This document shows positions 39,282 to 49,421 of a stretch of DNA of 64,000 nt, one piece after another. The stretch comes from an uncultured Pseudomonadales bacterium. Its GTDB lineage: Bacteria > Patescibacteriota > Microgenomatia > UBA1400 > PJMF01. The position numbers and the translations under genes are program-made. The stretch is from positions 37,565-101,564 of the forward strand of contig CAZWWE010000003.1 of the NCBI GenBank assembly GCA_964637295.1, in the 5' to 3' direction. The notes below the pieces were generated by a model, which saw nothing but the letters and a program-made list of their open reading frames with translations, was not told where the DNA came from and searched no databases. The first letter of the stretch is position 1. The number at the start of each line of letters is the position of its first letter.

Positions 39282-40652
39282 TCATTGTAAAAGATTTTTT
39301 GTTCTAAGTCGAGTGTGCTGTTTTTTTGCAAAGCGATGAGCTTCATCACGCAATTTTTGTAAAATTTTTAAAGTAGGATGTTCGCTTGGCAAATGAATTA
39401 CTTGGCTTTCTAAACCAGCTTTCTTTTGGCTATTTTTTTTAAGCAAAACCAAGCGGTCTGGGTTTTTGACTAAGCCAATGACTGGAATTTTGCTTTGCCA
39501 GATTTTACTGACGGCTCGTACCTGCCCTTTGCCACCATCGATTAAAATTAAATTTGGCTCGCCCCATTCTGGGTGTTTTTGTCGGCGTTCTAGCGCTTCT
39601 TGGAGCATGCCGTAGTCATTGGGCGTATTAAGTGAGCGAATTTTGAAAAATTTATATTGACTTTGATCAATTTGACCATTGGTCAGCACAACCATCGACA
39701 CAGTGGCATTTTGACCCAGAGTGTTACTCACGTCGTAAGCTTCAATGCGTGTTAATTTCTGTCTCAAATCAACTAAACCAGCCTGATGCAAAAGACGTCG
39801 TAGATGGACCAACGCTTCTTGACTCTCCTCTTGTGCAAAATTGGGTAAAATGAGTTCAGATTTGAGCTTGTATTGTTGACTAGTGATTTCTTCAATGAGT
39901 TGAATTTTATTTTTTATCACCAAAGCTTTTTCAAAAGCTTCTGCATCAGCCAAAACCAGCATCTCAGTTTTTAGTTTTTTGAGCAACTCTTTTTTTTTGC
40001 CTTTGAGAAAAAGCACGAGCTCATCAATTGTTTGACGATATTCCTGTGGAGAGATTGCACGCTCGCAAGCTCCTGAACACAAATCAAGATGATGATAAAA
40101 GCAAGCCTTTGTTTGAGAGCGATTGGCTTGATTACACCATTTGAAAATTGGCCGAATGATTTTCAGTAATTCTTTGAGCTTGAGAGCACTAGTGAAAGGT
40201 CCAAACAAGGCTAATTTTTGTTGATATTTTTTTTTGCTTAGATCAGTTTTGCGCACCCGCAGAATTCTGGGAAAAGTATCGTTACTAATCAATAAATAAA
40301 GATGCGATTTGTCGTCTTTGAGTAAACTATTAAAATATGGCTGGTGAGCTTTAATTAATTCTGCTTCAATGATGAGCGCTTCAAGTTCACTTTCGAGGAC
40401 GCGAAACTCCACTTTTTGCGCCAGTTCGGTCATTTTTTTGATTTTCTTTGAGAGCAACGGAGATCGCTTGTAGCTGGTGATCCTGTTCTTCAAGTTTTTG
40501 GCCTTGCCGACGTAAAGAATTTGCGAATCGGCGTCCAAAAAAGAATAAACTCCCGGTAAGGGTGGCAATGACGATAAAATAGATGCCCAAGCTAATGATT
40601 TTTTTGGGGTTTTCAACTTGGATTTGGAAGCTACTTCTAACGGCGAATTCAT
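39282..40652 (-). CDS. uvrC: excinuclease ABC subunit C (short form, no C-terminal HhH)
   Basis: GIY-YIG PGVY...YVGKAKNLKNRI.SY, IEAYDVSN, LIDGGKGQ, RDEAHRFA. Start uncertain. Confidence 0.92.
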   Translation of the reverse strand: MNSPLEVASKSKLKTPKKSLAWASILSSLPPLPGVYSFLDADSQILYVGKAKNLKNRITSYKRSPLLSKKIKKMTELAQKVEFRVLESELEALIIEAELIKAHQPYFNSLLKDDKSHLYLLISNDTFPRILRVRKTDLSKKKYQQKLALFGPFTSALKLKELLKIIRPIFKWCNQANRSQTKACFYHHLDLCSGACERAISPQEYRQTIDELVLFLKGKKKELLKKLKTEMLVLADAEAFEKALVIKNKIQLIEEITSQQYKLKSELILPNFAQEESQEALVHLRRLLHQAGLVDLRQKLTRIEAYDVSNTLGQNATVSMVVLTNGQIDQSQYKFFKIRSLNTPNDYGMLQEALERRQKHPEWGEPNLILIDGGKGQVRAVSKIWQSKIPVIGLVKNPDRLVLLKKNSQKKAGLESQVIHLPSEHPTLKILQKLRDEAHRFAKKQHTRLRTKNLLQ

Positions 40653-42408
40653 TTTCAATGATTTGTCCTTCTTGCAGTATGGCGCTCACCTTAATTTTGT
40701 GATTGCTTTGCAATTGATTTTGTTTATTATAAACGCTGATCGGCAAGACGATTTTAGCAAACGGCAAAATTTTATAATTTTTTGTTTCTGAATTAATTTC
40801 AACTTCCGCATCTTCGCTGGTCACTCTGAGTTCTTTGAAATACCAGACTAGACCAGTTTGATTTAAAATTTGTATTTCGTAGTGGCCAGGCAGACTGAGC
40901 TCGTAAAATTTTTTGTTCAGTAAATTAATTTCTAAATTAGGCACTGATGATTGAAAATCTGTTTTAGAGAATTCTAAATAAATTTTTTTATTTTTTTCAT
41001 CACTTGCTCCAGAATAAGCACCGGCCGGATGAGGCAAAGTGCTAGAAACACCATTAATAGCCAGACTAATGTGATTAAGGTCAAAATGATTAAAATAATC
41101 AATACCTCCTGTGGTATCTTGCCAAGTAGGATCGATTCTCAACCAACTGGCTTGTTCTTGAGCATAATATTCTGGCCAAGTGTGTAAAATGTCATTTTCT
41201 AAATTACTAGGACGCAACTCTTCATTTTTGGAATAAGCAATGCCCACTACTCTACGAGCAGGAATTTGTTTTTGTCTAGCCAAAGTGATAAAGAGATCAG
41301 TGAATTCTTGACAAGTAGCGTTATTTTGATTTTTCGCCTCAATGGCGCTGGCTGCTCCCAGCCGTGCAAAGTTTTGATCAAGTGCTTGCTTGGTGTAATC
41401 TAATTTTTTGACGACAAAATCAGCAATTTCCTGAGGAGTTGCTAGCTGTTTACCAAGTTCAATGATTTTCGGATGATTGATTTCCCAAAATTTTTGTTCT
41501 TGTAAATGTTCAGTCAACACTTGACTAAAAGGAATGAGCGGGTTGGCAGTTAAAGTCAACAAAACTTGTGCCAACAACTCAACATTGAAAGAATTATTGG
41601 CGGGAATTTCGTAAGTGGCAATGAAATTACCGTCGGCATCTTCTTTAATATTTTGAGGCAAGGGATCGAGATTAAGATAATGAACTTTTTGATAAGGTGT
41701 TTCTGGTGGCAAAGTAATTTGAGTGAGCGCAGTTTGACTGGTGGGGTTATTTAGATAATAGTTGAGTTTCAAATCAAAGACTTGTTGATTGCCAAAAATC
41801 GCGGAAACTGATTGATTGCCAAGCTCACTATAAGTAATAATGTTGTAGTCGCCCTCTTGTTTGAGGCTAAAATTACTTGGACTGATGCGACTAGGAGTGT
41901 CAAAAATACTGGGCACGCGTAGCTCCAGTTGATAACTTTGATATTGATCATGTTTAGCTAGTTCTGGAATATTGATTTCCAAAACTTTGCCACTAATCAA
42001 AGCAATATCTTGGTCGGTATAGCTAATCGTGAGTTCATTGTTTTTACCTTCACCAATTACTTTCTCTTCAAAAACAACGTTAATATTGGTTTGGCCTTTT
42101 TGTTTAGTAATATCTGGAATTAGTTTTTTGCCATTATGTACAACCTCGATGTTCTCAAGTTTAGTTGAGCTGACGATAATGCCATATTTGCTGACGAATA
42201 ATTCGGGAGTTTTATTTTTAATGGTGAATTTTTGTTCAACCAAAGTTTTGCCATTAGCAGTGATGGTATAAATACTATGTAAACTAATGGCGAAATTTTC
42301 CGTACCTTCTTGTGCAGCAATGTTTGTTTGGCTCAAAATTAACAAGCAAAAAAGACTTAAAATTAGTTCAGCAATTTTTTTCAAACCACGATGATTAAAA
42401 GTCAACAT
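40387..42408 (-). CDS. secreted, membrane-anchored transglutaminase-like protein
   Basis: Signal peptide; catalytic triad TCQEFT, HTWPEYY, IDPTW; C-terminal TM. Confidence 0.9.
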   Translation of the reverse strand: MLTFNHRGLKKIAELILSLFCLLILSQTNIAAQEGTENFAISLHSIYTITANGKTLVEQKFTIKNKTPELFVSKYGIIVSSTKLENIEVVHNGKKLIPDITKQKGQTNINVVFEEKVIGEGKNNELTISYTDQDIALISGKVLEINIPELAKHDQYQSYQLELRVPSIFDTPSRISPSNFSLKQEGDYNIITYSELGNQSVSAIFGNQQVFDLKLNYYLNNPTSQTALTQITLPPETPYQKVHYLNLDPLPQNIKEDADGNFIATYEIPANNSFNVELLAQVLLTLTANPLIPFSQVLTEHLQEQKFWEINHPKIIELGKQLATPQEIADFVVKKLDYTKQALDQNFARLGAASAIEAKNQNNATCQEFTDLFITLARQKQIPARRVVGIAYSKNEELRPSNLENDILHTWPEYYAQEQASWLRIDPTWQDTTGGIDYFNHFDLNHISLAINGVSSTLPHPAGAYSGASDEKNKKIYLEFSKTDFQSSVPNLEINLLNKKFYELSLPGHYEIQILNQTGLVWYFKELRVTSEDAEVEINSETKNYKILPFAKIVLPISVYNKQNQLQSNHKIKVSAILQEGQIIENEFAVRSSFQIQVENPKKIISLGIYFIVIATLTGSLFFFGRRFANSLRRQGQKLEEQDHQLQAISVALKENQKNDRTGAKSGVSRPRK

Positions 42409-42418
42409 TGACTTTATT

Positions 42419-45361
42419 TTACATTAATTCTGCTTTTAAATAATGCCCGGTAAAGGAATGTTCATTCTCGGCCACTTCTTTTGGTGTGCCACAAGCGATG
42501 ACTTCACCACCATATTCTCCGCCCTCTGGGCCAAGATCGATAAGCCAATCAGCGTTTTTGATGATGTCAAGATTGTGTTCAATTAAAATAACAGTATTAT
42601 CTTGTTCAACTAGTTGGTGTAGTACATCAAGTAATTTCTGAATATCAGCAAAGTGCAAGCCAGTGGTTGGTTCATCTAATAAATAAATCACATGATCGTG
42701 AGAACGAGTACTTAGTTCTTTGGCAAGCTTGACTCTTTGAGCTTCGCCGCCACTAAGAGTAGGAGCTGGCTGACCAAGCTTTAAATAACCTAAGCCAACG
42801 TCTTGTAGGGTTTGCATTCTTTGGCGAATATTACTGTGATTTTTGAAAAAATCTAAAGCCTCATCAATACTAAGATCTAAGACTTGAGCAATATTTTTAT
42901 CTTGGTATAAAACTTGCAGAGTTTCCTCGTTATAACGTTGACCATGGCAGACATCGCACTCTACATAAACATCGGGTAAAAATTGCATTTCAATTTTAAT
43001 TTGCCCCTCGCCCTGACAAGCTTCGCAACGTCCGCCCTTAACGTTGAAACTAAAGCGACCAATATTGTAGCCACGCACTGCAGCATCTTTGGTACGAGCA
43101 AAAATTTGACGAATATAATCAAAAGCTTTAGTGTAAGTAGCCGGATTAGAACGTGGAGTTTTACCGATTGGACTTTGATCGATCATGCTCAGTCTTTTGA
43201 CTTGAGGAGGAATGGCTATCTTTTCGATTTGCGCCAATTTACCTTCATAAGTGTAACCAAGCTGTTTAGCTAGATGATTATTTAAAACATTATGTAATAG
43301 AGTTGATTTGCCTGAACCAGAAATACCAGTGATACAAGTTAAAGCATTGAGAGGAATTTCTACATCAATGTTTTTCAAATTATTGTGTTTGGCACCATGA
43401 ATGGCAATTTTAGCTTTCTTTTTAACATCACTCTCTTTGGCAATTTTTCTAGTAATTTCTTTTTTTCTAGCCAAATATTTGCCAGTTAAGGAATTGCTAT
43501 CTTTTAAGATTTCTTCATAAGAACCAGCAAAAACGATTTTGCCACCCTGTTCGCCAGCTTTAGGTCCAAAATCAACGATGTGATCGGCGGCCATCATGAT
43601 GTCACGATCATGCTCCACTACTACTACGGTATTACCTTTTTTCTTTAATTCTTGTAGGGTTTCGATTAAACGATGATTATCTCTTTGATGCAAACCAATA
43701 GTGGGCTCATCGAGAATGTAAAGCACGCCAGTTAAACCAGTGCCAATTTGCGAAGCCAAACGAATTCTTTGAGCTTCGCCACCGGCAAGGGTTGCCGCTT
43801 CTCTGGAGATGGTTAAATAATTAAGACCAACTGCTGATAAAAATTGCAAACGGGTTTTGATTTCTTTAAGAATTGGTTCAGCGATCTGATTTTCTTTAGC
43901 GGACAGAATTTTTTGTTCTGGATCAGCAATTTTTGCTGCCCATTTTAGAGCGCGATCAATAGTTAATTGGCTAAATTGGGCGATGTTTAAGTGATCAATA
44001 GTGACTGATAAAACTTCTGCTTTTAATCTCGCTCCATTGCAGAGTGGGCAAACTTCTTTGTGCATGAATTGACCAATTTCACGACGAATAAATTCACTGT
44101 CTGTTTCACTATAGCGACGCTCTAAATTTTTAATAAAACCTTCAAATTTACTCTGATAACTAGTCATGTTGCCAAAGCGGTTTTCGCCGACCACGTCGTA
44201 AATTTTTTCACTGCCATAAAGCAAAACTTCTTGCAGTTCTCTTGACATATCTATCCATTTGGTCAAGCGAAAATCAGCGCCAAAATCTTCAATGACAATT
44301 TTCACTAGTCGTGCAAACCAACCCTCATTGCCCATCATCCGAGCGAAAGGAATAATTGCTCCCTCACTCATGGTTAGACTTGGAGCAATAATCCGTTCAG
44401 TGTTAATTTTGAGAATAGAGCCCAGACCATGGCATTCTGGACAAGCTCCTTCTGGGGCATTAAAAGAAAAAGAACGAGGTTCCAGTTCTTTGAGAGAAAT
44501 CCCGCAATCACTGCAAGCTAAATTTTCACTAAATAAAAAATCTTCTGTGTCCTCTGGATTTTCTGGAAAAGCAAAGCTGGCATCATTCACCCAAGTAAAA
44601 ATCACCAAGCCATTAGCTAATTTAAGAGCTTCTTCAGCAGATTGATTAAGACGACTTTTAAGGGTATTAAATTCTTTTTGATCTCTAATTTGTTCGCGAC
44701 TAATAACTAGGCGATCAACTAAAGCTTCAATGCTATGTTTGTTAGTTTTGATTAAGTTGAGTTCTTGATCTAGGTTATAAATTTGGCCATCAATTCTGGC
44801 GCGGTTGTAACCTTTTTTAACTAAATTTTGCAAAAGCTTATCAAATTCTCCCTTTCTCTCTTTAATCACTGGCGAAAGAATCATCAATTTTTGCGGCTGA
44901 TTTTTAGCTTGAGTAAATTTTTCTTCAATACGTGTTAAAACTTGACCAATAATCTGGTCAATGCTTTGAGTGCTAATTTCTTTACCACAATTAGGACAAT
45001 GAGGATGACCGACGCGGGAAAACAATAAGCGACAATAATCATAAATTTCAGTAATTGTACCCACAGTGGAACGTGGATTATGAGAAGTAGTTTTTTGATC
45101 AATAGAAATAGCTGGTGACAAACCATCAATTTGATCAACATCTGGTTTATTCATTACTCCCAAAAATTGACGAGCATAGGAACTCAGTGACTCAACGTAG
45201 CGACGCTGACCTTCGGCATACAGAGTATCAAAAGCCAAAGAGCTTTTGCCACTCCCAGACAAACCAGTAAAAACGATCAACTGATTTTTCTCAAATTCTA
45301 AATCAATGTTTTTTAGATTATGTTCGCGAGCGCCAGTAATTTTGATAGTATTTTGCGACAT
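42419..45361 (-). CDS. uvrA: excinuclease ABC subunit A
   Basis: GLSGSGKSSLAFDT, YAEGQRRYVESLS, two ABC modules, Zn fingers. Confidence 0.99.
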   Translation of the reverse strand: MSQNTIKITGAREHNLKNIDLEFEKNQLIVFTGLSGSGKSSLAFDTLYAEGQRRYVESLSSYARQFLGVMNKPDVDQIDGLSPAISIDQKTTSHNPRSTVGTITEIYDYCRLLFSRVGHPHCPNCGKEISTQSIDQIIGQVLTRIEEKFTQAKNQPQKLMILSPVIKERKGEFDKLLQNLVKKGYNRARIDGQIYNLDQELNLIKTNKHSIEALVDRLVISREQIRDQKEFNTLKSRLNQSAEEALKLANGLVIFTWVNDASFAFPENPEDTEDFLFSENLACSDCGISLKELEPRSFSFNAPEGACPECHGLGSILKINTERIIAPSLTMSEGAIIPFARMMGNEGWFARLVKIVIEDFGADFRLTKWIDMSRELQEVLLYGSEKIYDVVGENRFGNMTSYQSKFEGFIKNLERRYSETDSEFIRREIGQFMHKEVCPLCNGARLKAEVLSVTIDHLNIAQFSQLTIDRALKWAAKIADPEQKILSAKENQIAEPILKEIKTRLQFLSAVGLNYLTISREAATLAGGEAQRIRLASQIGTGLTGVLYILDEPTIGLHQRDNHRLIETLQELKKKGNTVVVVEHDRDIMMAADHIVDFGPKAGEQGGKIVFAGSYEEILKDSNSLTGKYLARKKEITRKIAKESDVKKKAKIAIHGAKHNNLKNIDVEIPLNALTCITGISGSGKSTLLHNVLNNHLAKQLGYTYEGKLAQIEKIAIPPQVKRLSMIDQSPIGKTPRSNPATYTKAFDYIRQIFARTKDAAVRGYNIGRFSFNVKGGRCEACQGEGQIKIEMQFLPDVYVECDVCHGQRYNEETLQVLYQDKNIAQVLDLSIDEALDFFKNHSNIRQRMQTLQDVGLGYLKLGQPAPTLSGGEAQRVKLAKELSTRSHDHVIYLLDEPTTGLHFADIQKLLDVLHQLVEQDNTVILIEHNLDIIKNADWLIDLGPEGGEYGGEVIACGTPKEVAENEHSFTGHYLKAELM

Positions 45362-45368
45362 GATTGGT

Positions 45369-47483
45369 TTATTCTATTTCGTTAATCTTATTTCTAATAA
45401 TAGTGGCTAATTCGAAATCAAGTTCATTAGCCGCCTTCTTCATTTGAGTATGTAGTTTTTTAACTAAATTTTGTTTTTCGCCAGGAGTTAATTCTTCAGG
45501 ATTAATCGCCAGCAAATTAAGCTCTTCTTTGCTAGAAATCTTGAGAAAAATACCTTTGCGACCATTTTTTTCTTGCTCTGCTTTAGTTTGACGCTGCAAG
45601 AGCTTTTCTCTAATTGGCTTGTTAATCCCTGTTGGCGTAATATTGTTTTTAGAATTGTATTGTTCTTGTACACGGCGGCGGCGCTTGGTTTCATTAATAG
45701 CGTAATCCATCGACTGAGTAATTTTATCAGCGTATAAAATGACTTGGCCTTCGACGTGACGCGCTGCTCTACCCATAGTTTGCACCAGAGAGGTTTTGGA
45801 ACGTAAAAAGCCTTCTTTGTCAGCATCGAGAATGGCGACTAAACTGACTTCTGGTAAATCTAAACCTTCACGCAGCAAATTAATTCCCACCAGAACATCA
45901 TATTTACCCTGACGTAAATCATCTAGAATATCGCTGCGATCTAGGGTTTCCACGTCTGAATGTAAATAAGCGACTCGTGGATAAGTAATCTCTCCTGGTT
46001 TGAGTATTCCTTGTTTTTGCACTAATTTTTTAATTTTTTCAGGATCGTTAAGATAATCAGTTAGCGCCTCAGCCATTTTTTTAGTCAAAGTGGTCACTAA
46101 AACGCGTTGGCCTAATTTTTTTCGCTTAATAATTTCTAGAGTTAAGTCTTCTATTTGATTGCGAGTAGGACGAAGATCGATTTTTGGATCGAGTAAACCG
46201 GTAGGACGGACTAATTGTTCCACGACTCGATTTTGACTTTGTTTTAACTCCCATTCTCCAGGTGTAGCAGAAACATAAATCGTTTGTTGTTTGCGAGTCA
46301 AAAATTCGTGTAATTGTAGTGGTCGGTTATCAATGGCACTTGGCAAACGGAAACCATATTTAATCAAAGTTTCTTTTCTGGATTGATCACCAAAATACAT
46401 ACCCTTAATTTGTGGCAGACTGATGTGGCTTTCATCGATGACCGTTAGAAAAGAATCTTGACCAAACTTTTCTTGATTGTACTTAAAATAATCGAGTAAA
46501 GTATAAGGTGGTTCGCCAGCCTGGCGACCATCAAAATAACGGGAGTAATTTTCAATGCCATTAACCGAACCAAATTCTTGAATCATTTCCAAGTCATAAT
46601 TAACTTTATGTTCTAAACGATAAGCCTCTAGGCTTTTGCCTTCTTTTTGTAGTTCCTCTACTCTGGTTTTCAAGTCTTGGCGAATTTGTGCTAAAGCTTC
46701 TTTTTGACTGCTACTTTCCACTGCGTAATGCTTAGCTGGATAAATCAGCGCCATGTTGTTTTTGTAAAATTTGTTGGCTGGTTTTTCGATAATACTGCCA
46801 GAAATCGGATTAATTTCTCTAATACTAGAGATTTGATTAGCTAAAGTTTCAATTCTAATCGCATTGTCTTGATAAGCTGGCCAAATCTGAATGGTATCGC
46901 CACGCAAACGATAAGTGCCGCGTAACAAATCAGTTTCGCTGCGTTCATATTGTAAATTACTCAGTTGCAGGAGCAAACTTTGGCGGTCGATTATTTCTCC
47001 TTCGACGATCTCCAAAATAAAACGATTGTAATCTACAGGAGAGCCTAAACTATAAATACAAGAGACAGAAGCAACGATAATTACGTCTGGTCTAGTCATC
47101 AAATGAGTGGTGGCCGCTAGACGTAATTTATCAATTTCTTCATTGATAGTGGCTTCTTTTTCGATATAGGTGTCGCTGCTTGGTAAATATGCCTCTGGTT
47201 GATAATAATCGTAATAAGAAACAAAGTAAGAAACGGCATTTTCGGGAAAGAAATCGCGCAACTCTTGATAAAGTTGAGCGGCCAAAGTTTTGTTATGAGC
47301 AATAACCAAGGTTGGTTTTTGAGTTTTCTCGATGACGTTGGCGATAGTAAAAGTCTTACCAGAACCAGTCACGCCGAGTAAAACTTGATCTTTGACTTGA
47401 TTTTTTAAGCCATCGACGAGTGCCTCAATGGCTTGAGGTTGATCGCCGGTCGGTTGATAGCTGCAGTGAAGCTTAAATGGCAT
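45369..47483 (-). CDS. uvrB: excinuclease ABC subunit B
   Basis: GVTGSGKT, YYDYYQPEAY, DESH, GINLLREGLDLPEV, GRAAR. Confidence 0.99.
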   Translation of the reverse strand: MPFKLHCSYQPTGDQPQAIEALVDGLKNQVKDQVLLGVTGSGKTFTIANVIEKTQKPTLVIAHNKTLAAQLYQELRDFFPENAVSYFVSYYDYYQPEAYLPSSDTYIEKEATINEEIDKLRLAATTHLMTRPDVIIVASVSCIYSLGSPVDYNRFILEIVEGEIIDRQSLLLQLSNLQYERSETDLLRGTYRLRGDTIQIWPAYQDNAIRIETLANQISSIREINPISGSIIEKPANKFYKNNMALIYPAKHYAVESSSQKEALAQIRQDLKTRVEELQKEGKSLEAYRLEHKVNYDLEMIQEFGSVNGIENYSRYFDGRQAGEPPYTLLDYFKYNQEKFGQDSFLTVIDESHISLPQIKGMYFGDQSRKETLIKYGFRLPSAIDNRPLQLHEFLTRKQQTIYVSATPGEWELKQSQNRVVEQLVRPTGLLDPKIDLRPTRNQIEDLTLEIIKRKKLGQRVLVTTLTKKMAEALTDYLNDPEKIKKLVQKQGILKPGEITYPRVAYLHSDVETLDRSDILDDLRQGKYDVLVGINLLREGLDLPEVSLVAILDADKEGFLRSKTSLVQTMGRAARHVEGQVILYADKITQSMDYAINETKRRRRVQEQYNSKNNITPTGINKPIREKLLQRQTKAEQEKNGRKGIFLKISSKEELNLLAINPEELTPGEKQNLVKKLHTQMKKAANELDFELATIIRNKINEIE

Positions 47484-47606
47484 TGTAAAAAGTCAGTTAT
47501 TATACCGCAATTAGCTCACGATGAACAGTCTATGGTGTCGGTTGGGCGTGTCTGGACTTTTGAAGTGCTTTTCCTTATAATTCCCCTGTAGTTTTAACAG
47601 ACAGAA

Positions 47607-47680
47607 GTGCTGGTAGCTCAGCTGGATAGAGCAACTGCCTTCTAAGCAGTAGGTCGTGGGTCCGAATCCCACCCAGCATA
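47607..47680 (+). tRNA. tRNA-Arg(TCT)
   Basis: Acceptor GTGCTGG/CCAGCAT, anticodon arm ACTGC-CTTCTAA-GCAGT; T-loop reads TCCGAAT. Confidence 0.9.
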
Positions 47681-47708
47681 CTTTGTGTTTGGTTAAAATT
47701 AAAAAAAC

Positions 47709-47783
47709 GGTGCCTGTAGCTCAGTTGGTTAGAGCGCCACTCTGTGGAAGTGGAGGTCGCGGGTTCGAGTCTCGTCAGGCACC
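47709..47783 (+). tRNA. tRNA-His(GTG) with encoded G-1
   Basis: G-GTGCCTG/CAGGCAC-C acceptor, anticodon arm CCACT-CTGTGGA-AGTGG, T-loop TTCGAGT. Confidence 0.96.
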
Positions 47784-47811
47784 CATCTTATCAAAAAGGT
47801 GTTTTATTACA

Positions 47812-49248
47812 ATGCAAGAAAATCTTTTCGTAGGTCCTACAATTGGCAGAAGCACTGACAGCGATTTATTTAATCCAAGAGAAAGATGGGATGTGTTAAA
47901 TAATCACAGGCCTATTAACAATAATTTTTTTTCTCCTGGATGTCCAGTTCAATGCATTTATTGTAATCAGCAGGCTTTTGAAATGGATCCAATTTCTGGA
48001 GAAAAAGCAACTCCATACATATCACTAATGGTAGACGGAGGTATTTCTTTAAATACGCGTTTAATGTCTGGGACTCAGTTGACACATGAAATTGAGCCAA
48101 AAGAATTACTTGATGCTTTCAACAAATCTCCATTTTTTGATCCCGATGCTTCTTTATTAATTGAAAATTTTAACGATCCTGGAGTAAATTGGAAAAAAAC
48201 TCTTGATTTGCTTAAATTATTAAACGAGCAAAAACATGTTGGGCCAGTTATTATTTTAACAAAACTAGGAATTTCAGATGAATTTGCGGAAGAATTGGCT
48301 CAGTTAAAAGCCAATGGTTTAAAAATTATTTTTAGCATTACATATGCAAATTTGCCAAAAACTATAGAGCCAGTAGATTCAATTTACCGATTGCGAGCTC
48401 TAAAAAAAATTTATTCACTTAATATACCCACAATTGTTTCCATTAGGCCAATGATTAAAGGATTAAATGACGGTGCGGAGAATATAAAAAAAATATTGTC
48501 CGATATTAGTCCTTTTTCAGATGTGATTACCGTTGGGGGATTATTTGTGTATGATGGATTGACTCAGATTGTTTTTGAAAAAGCTGGATTTTCATTAGAT
48601 CCAGTTTATTTTCAAGACATTTATTCAATGGCAAAAATTTTGCCACCAGAAATTAAAGAACAATTTAGAAAACATGCAATCGAATTAAATGTAAAAGCAC
48701 CAATTATTGATCATTATAGTTGTTGTATAGCTCATATTTGTACCTTGCATTATAATTCGCCTCGATCAGACAGAATGGCTCGTTGGGCCAACGCAAGCGG
48801 CCATTCATTTTCAGATTGCTGTGAAAATTGTTTGCCAGAGCAAAAAGCACAATGCCTTAAGAAAAGCCAAGAAAAACCAGAAGATATCATTTTTTTAGCC
48901 AAAGAAGCTGCAAGAAAAATTGGTTATTCTAAACTTCAAATTGTTAAGTCCCCAAATATTTCAGGACTTTTACTTATTTTAAATGGTTCTTTAGCAATTA
49001 ATGAAATATTTTTTATTGAACAGCACTGCGGTTGGGATGTAAACAATGTTCCAGACTCAATCAGCTTGATTATTAAAGCCAAAGAAGTATTGGCTCAAGA
49101 ATTAAATATGCGCTATGAAGAAGTTGTCGAAGAAATTAATCTTAACGAAGCTTATGAATGGATAATTAAAGTGAAAAATGATTACAATAAAACTTTAATT
49201 CAAAAATTTTTGAGAGGTAAAATTAGATCTAGAATTTTAGTTGTTTAA
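47812..49248 (+). CDS. radical SAM protein with Cys-rich C-terminal extension
   Basis: CPVQCIYC (CX3CX2C), NDP, LTK, IRPMIKGLND. Start moved to MQENLF because the longer ORF overlaps two tRNAs. Confidence 0.85.
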   Translation: MQENLFVGPTIGRSTDSDLFNPRERWDVLNNHRPINNNFFSPGCPVQCIYCNQQAFEMDPISGEKATPYISLMVDGGISLNTRLMSGTQLTHEIEPKELLDAFNKSPFFDPDASLLIENFNDPGVNWKKTLDLLKLLNEQKHVGPVIILTKLGISDEFAEELAQLKANGLKIIFSITYANLPKTIEPVDSIYRLRALKKIYSLNIPTIVSIRPMIKGLNDGAENIKKILSDISPFSDVITVGGLFVYDGLTQIVFEKAGFSLDPVYFQDIYSMAKILPPEIKEQFRKHAIELNVKAPIIDHYSCCIAHICTLHYNSPRSDRMARWANASGHSFSDCCENCLPEQKAQCLKKSQEKPEDIIFLAKEAARKIGYSKLQIVKSPNISGLLLILNGSLAINEIFFIEQHCGWDVNNVPDSISLIIKAKEVLAQELNMRYEEVVEEINLNEAYEWIIKVKNDYNKTLIQKFLRGKIRSRILVV

Positions 49249-49421
49249 TTGGTGAAAATTATTTGTTTGCCACCATGAAGGTGAATCTATTAATGTCAAT
49301 AGCAAGCAAGACTACGGTAGAATTACTGTGGCAAGAGGTTTTTAAATTATTAAGAGACAGAGCTACTAGTTTTTTTAACCACCAAACCCCCATTTTTTTG
49401 CAAAAATGCTAGAATGAAAAC

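Noticed and set aside
47656-47811. N-terminal 52 aa of the 530-aa ORF
   Set aside because: It overlaps tRNA-Arg and tRNA-His; the true start is most likely ATG 47812.
47783-49420. Integrated element at tRNA-His
   Set aside because: No integrase and no duplicated tRNA 3' end found downstream.
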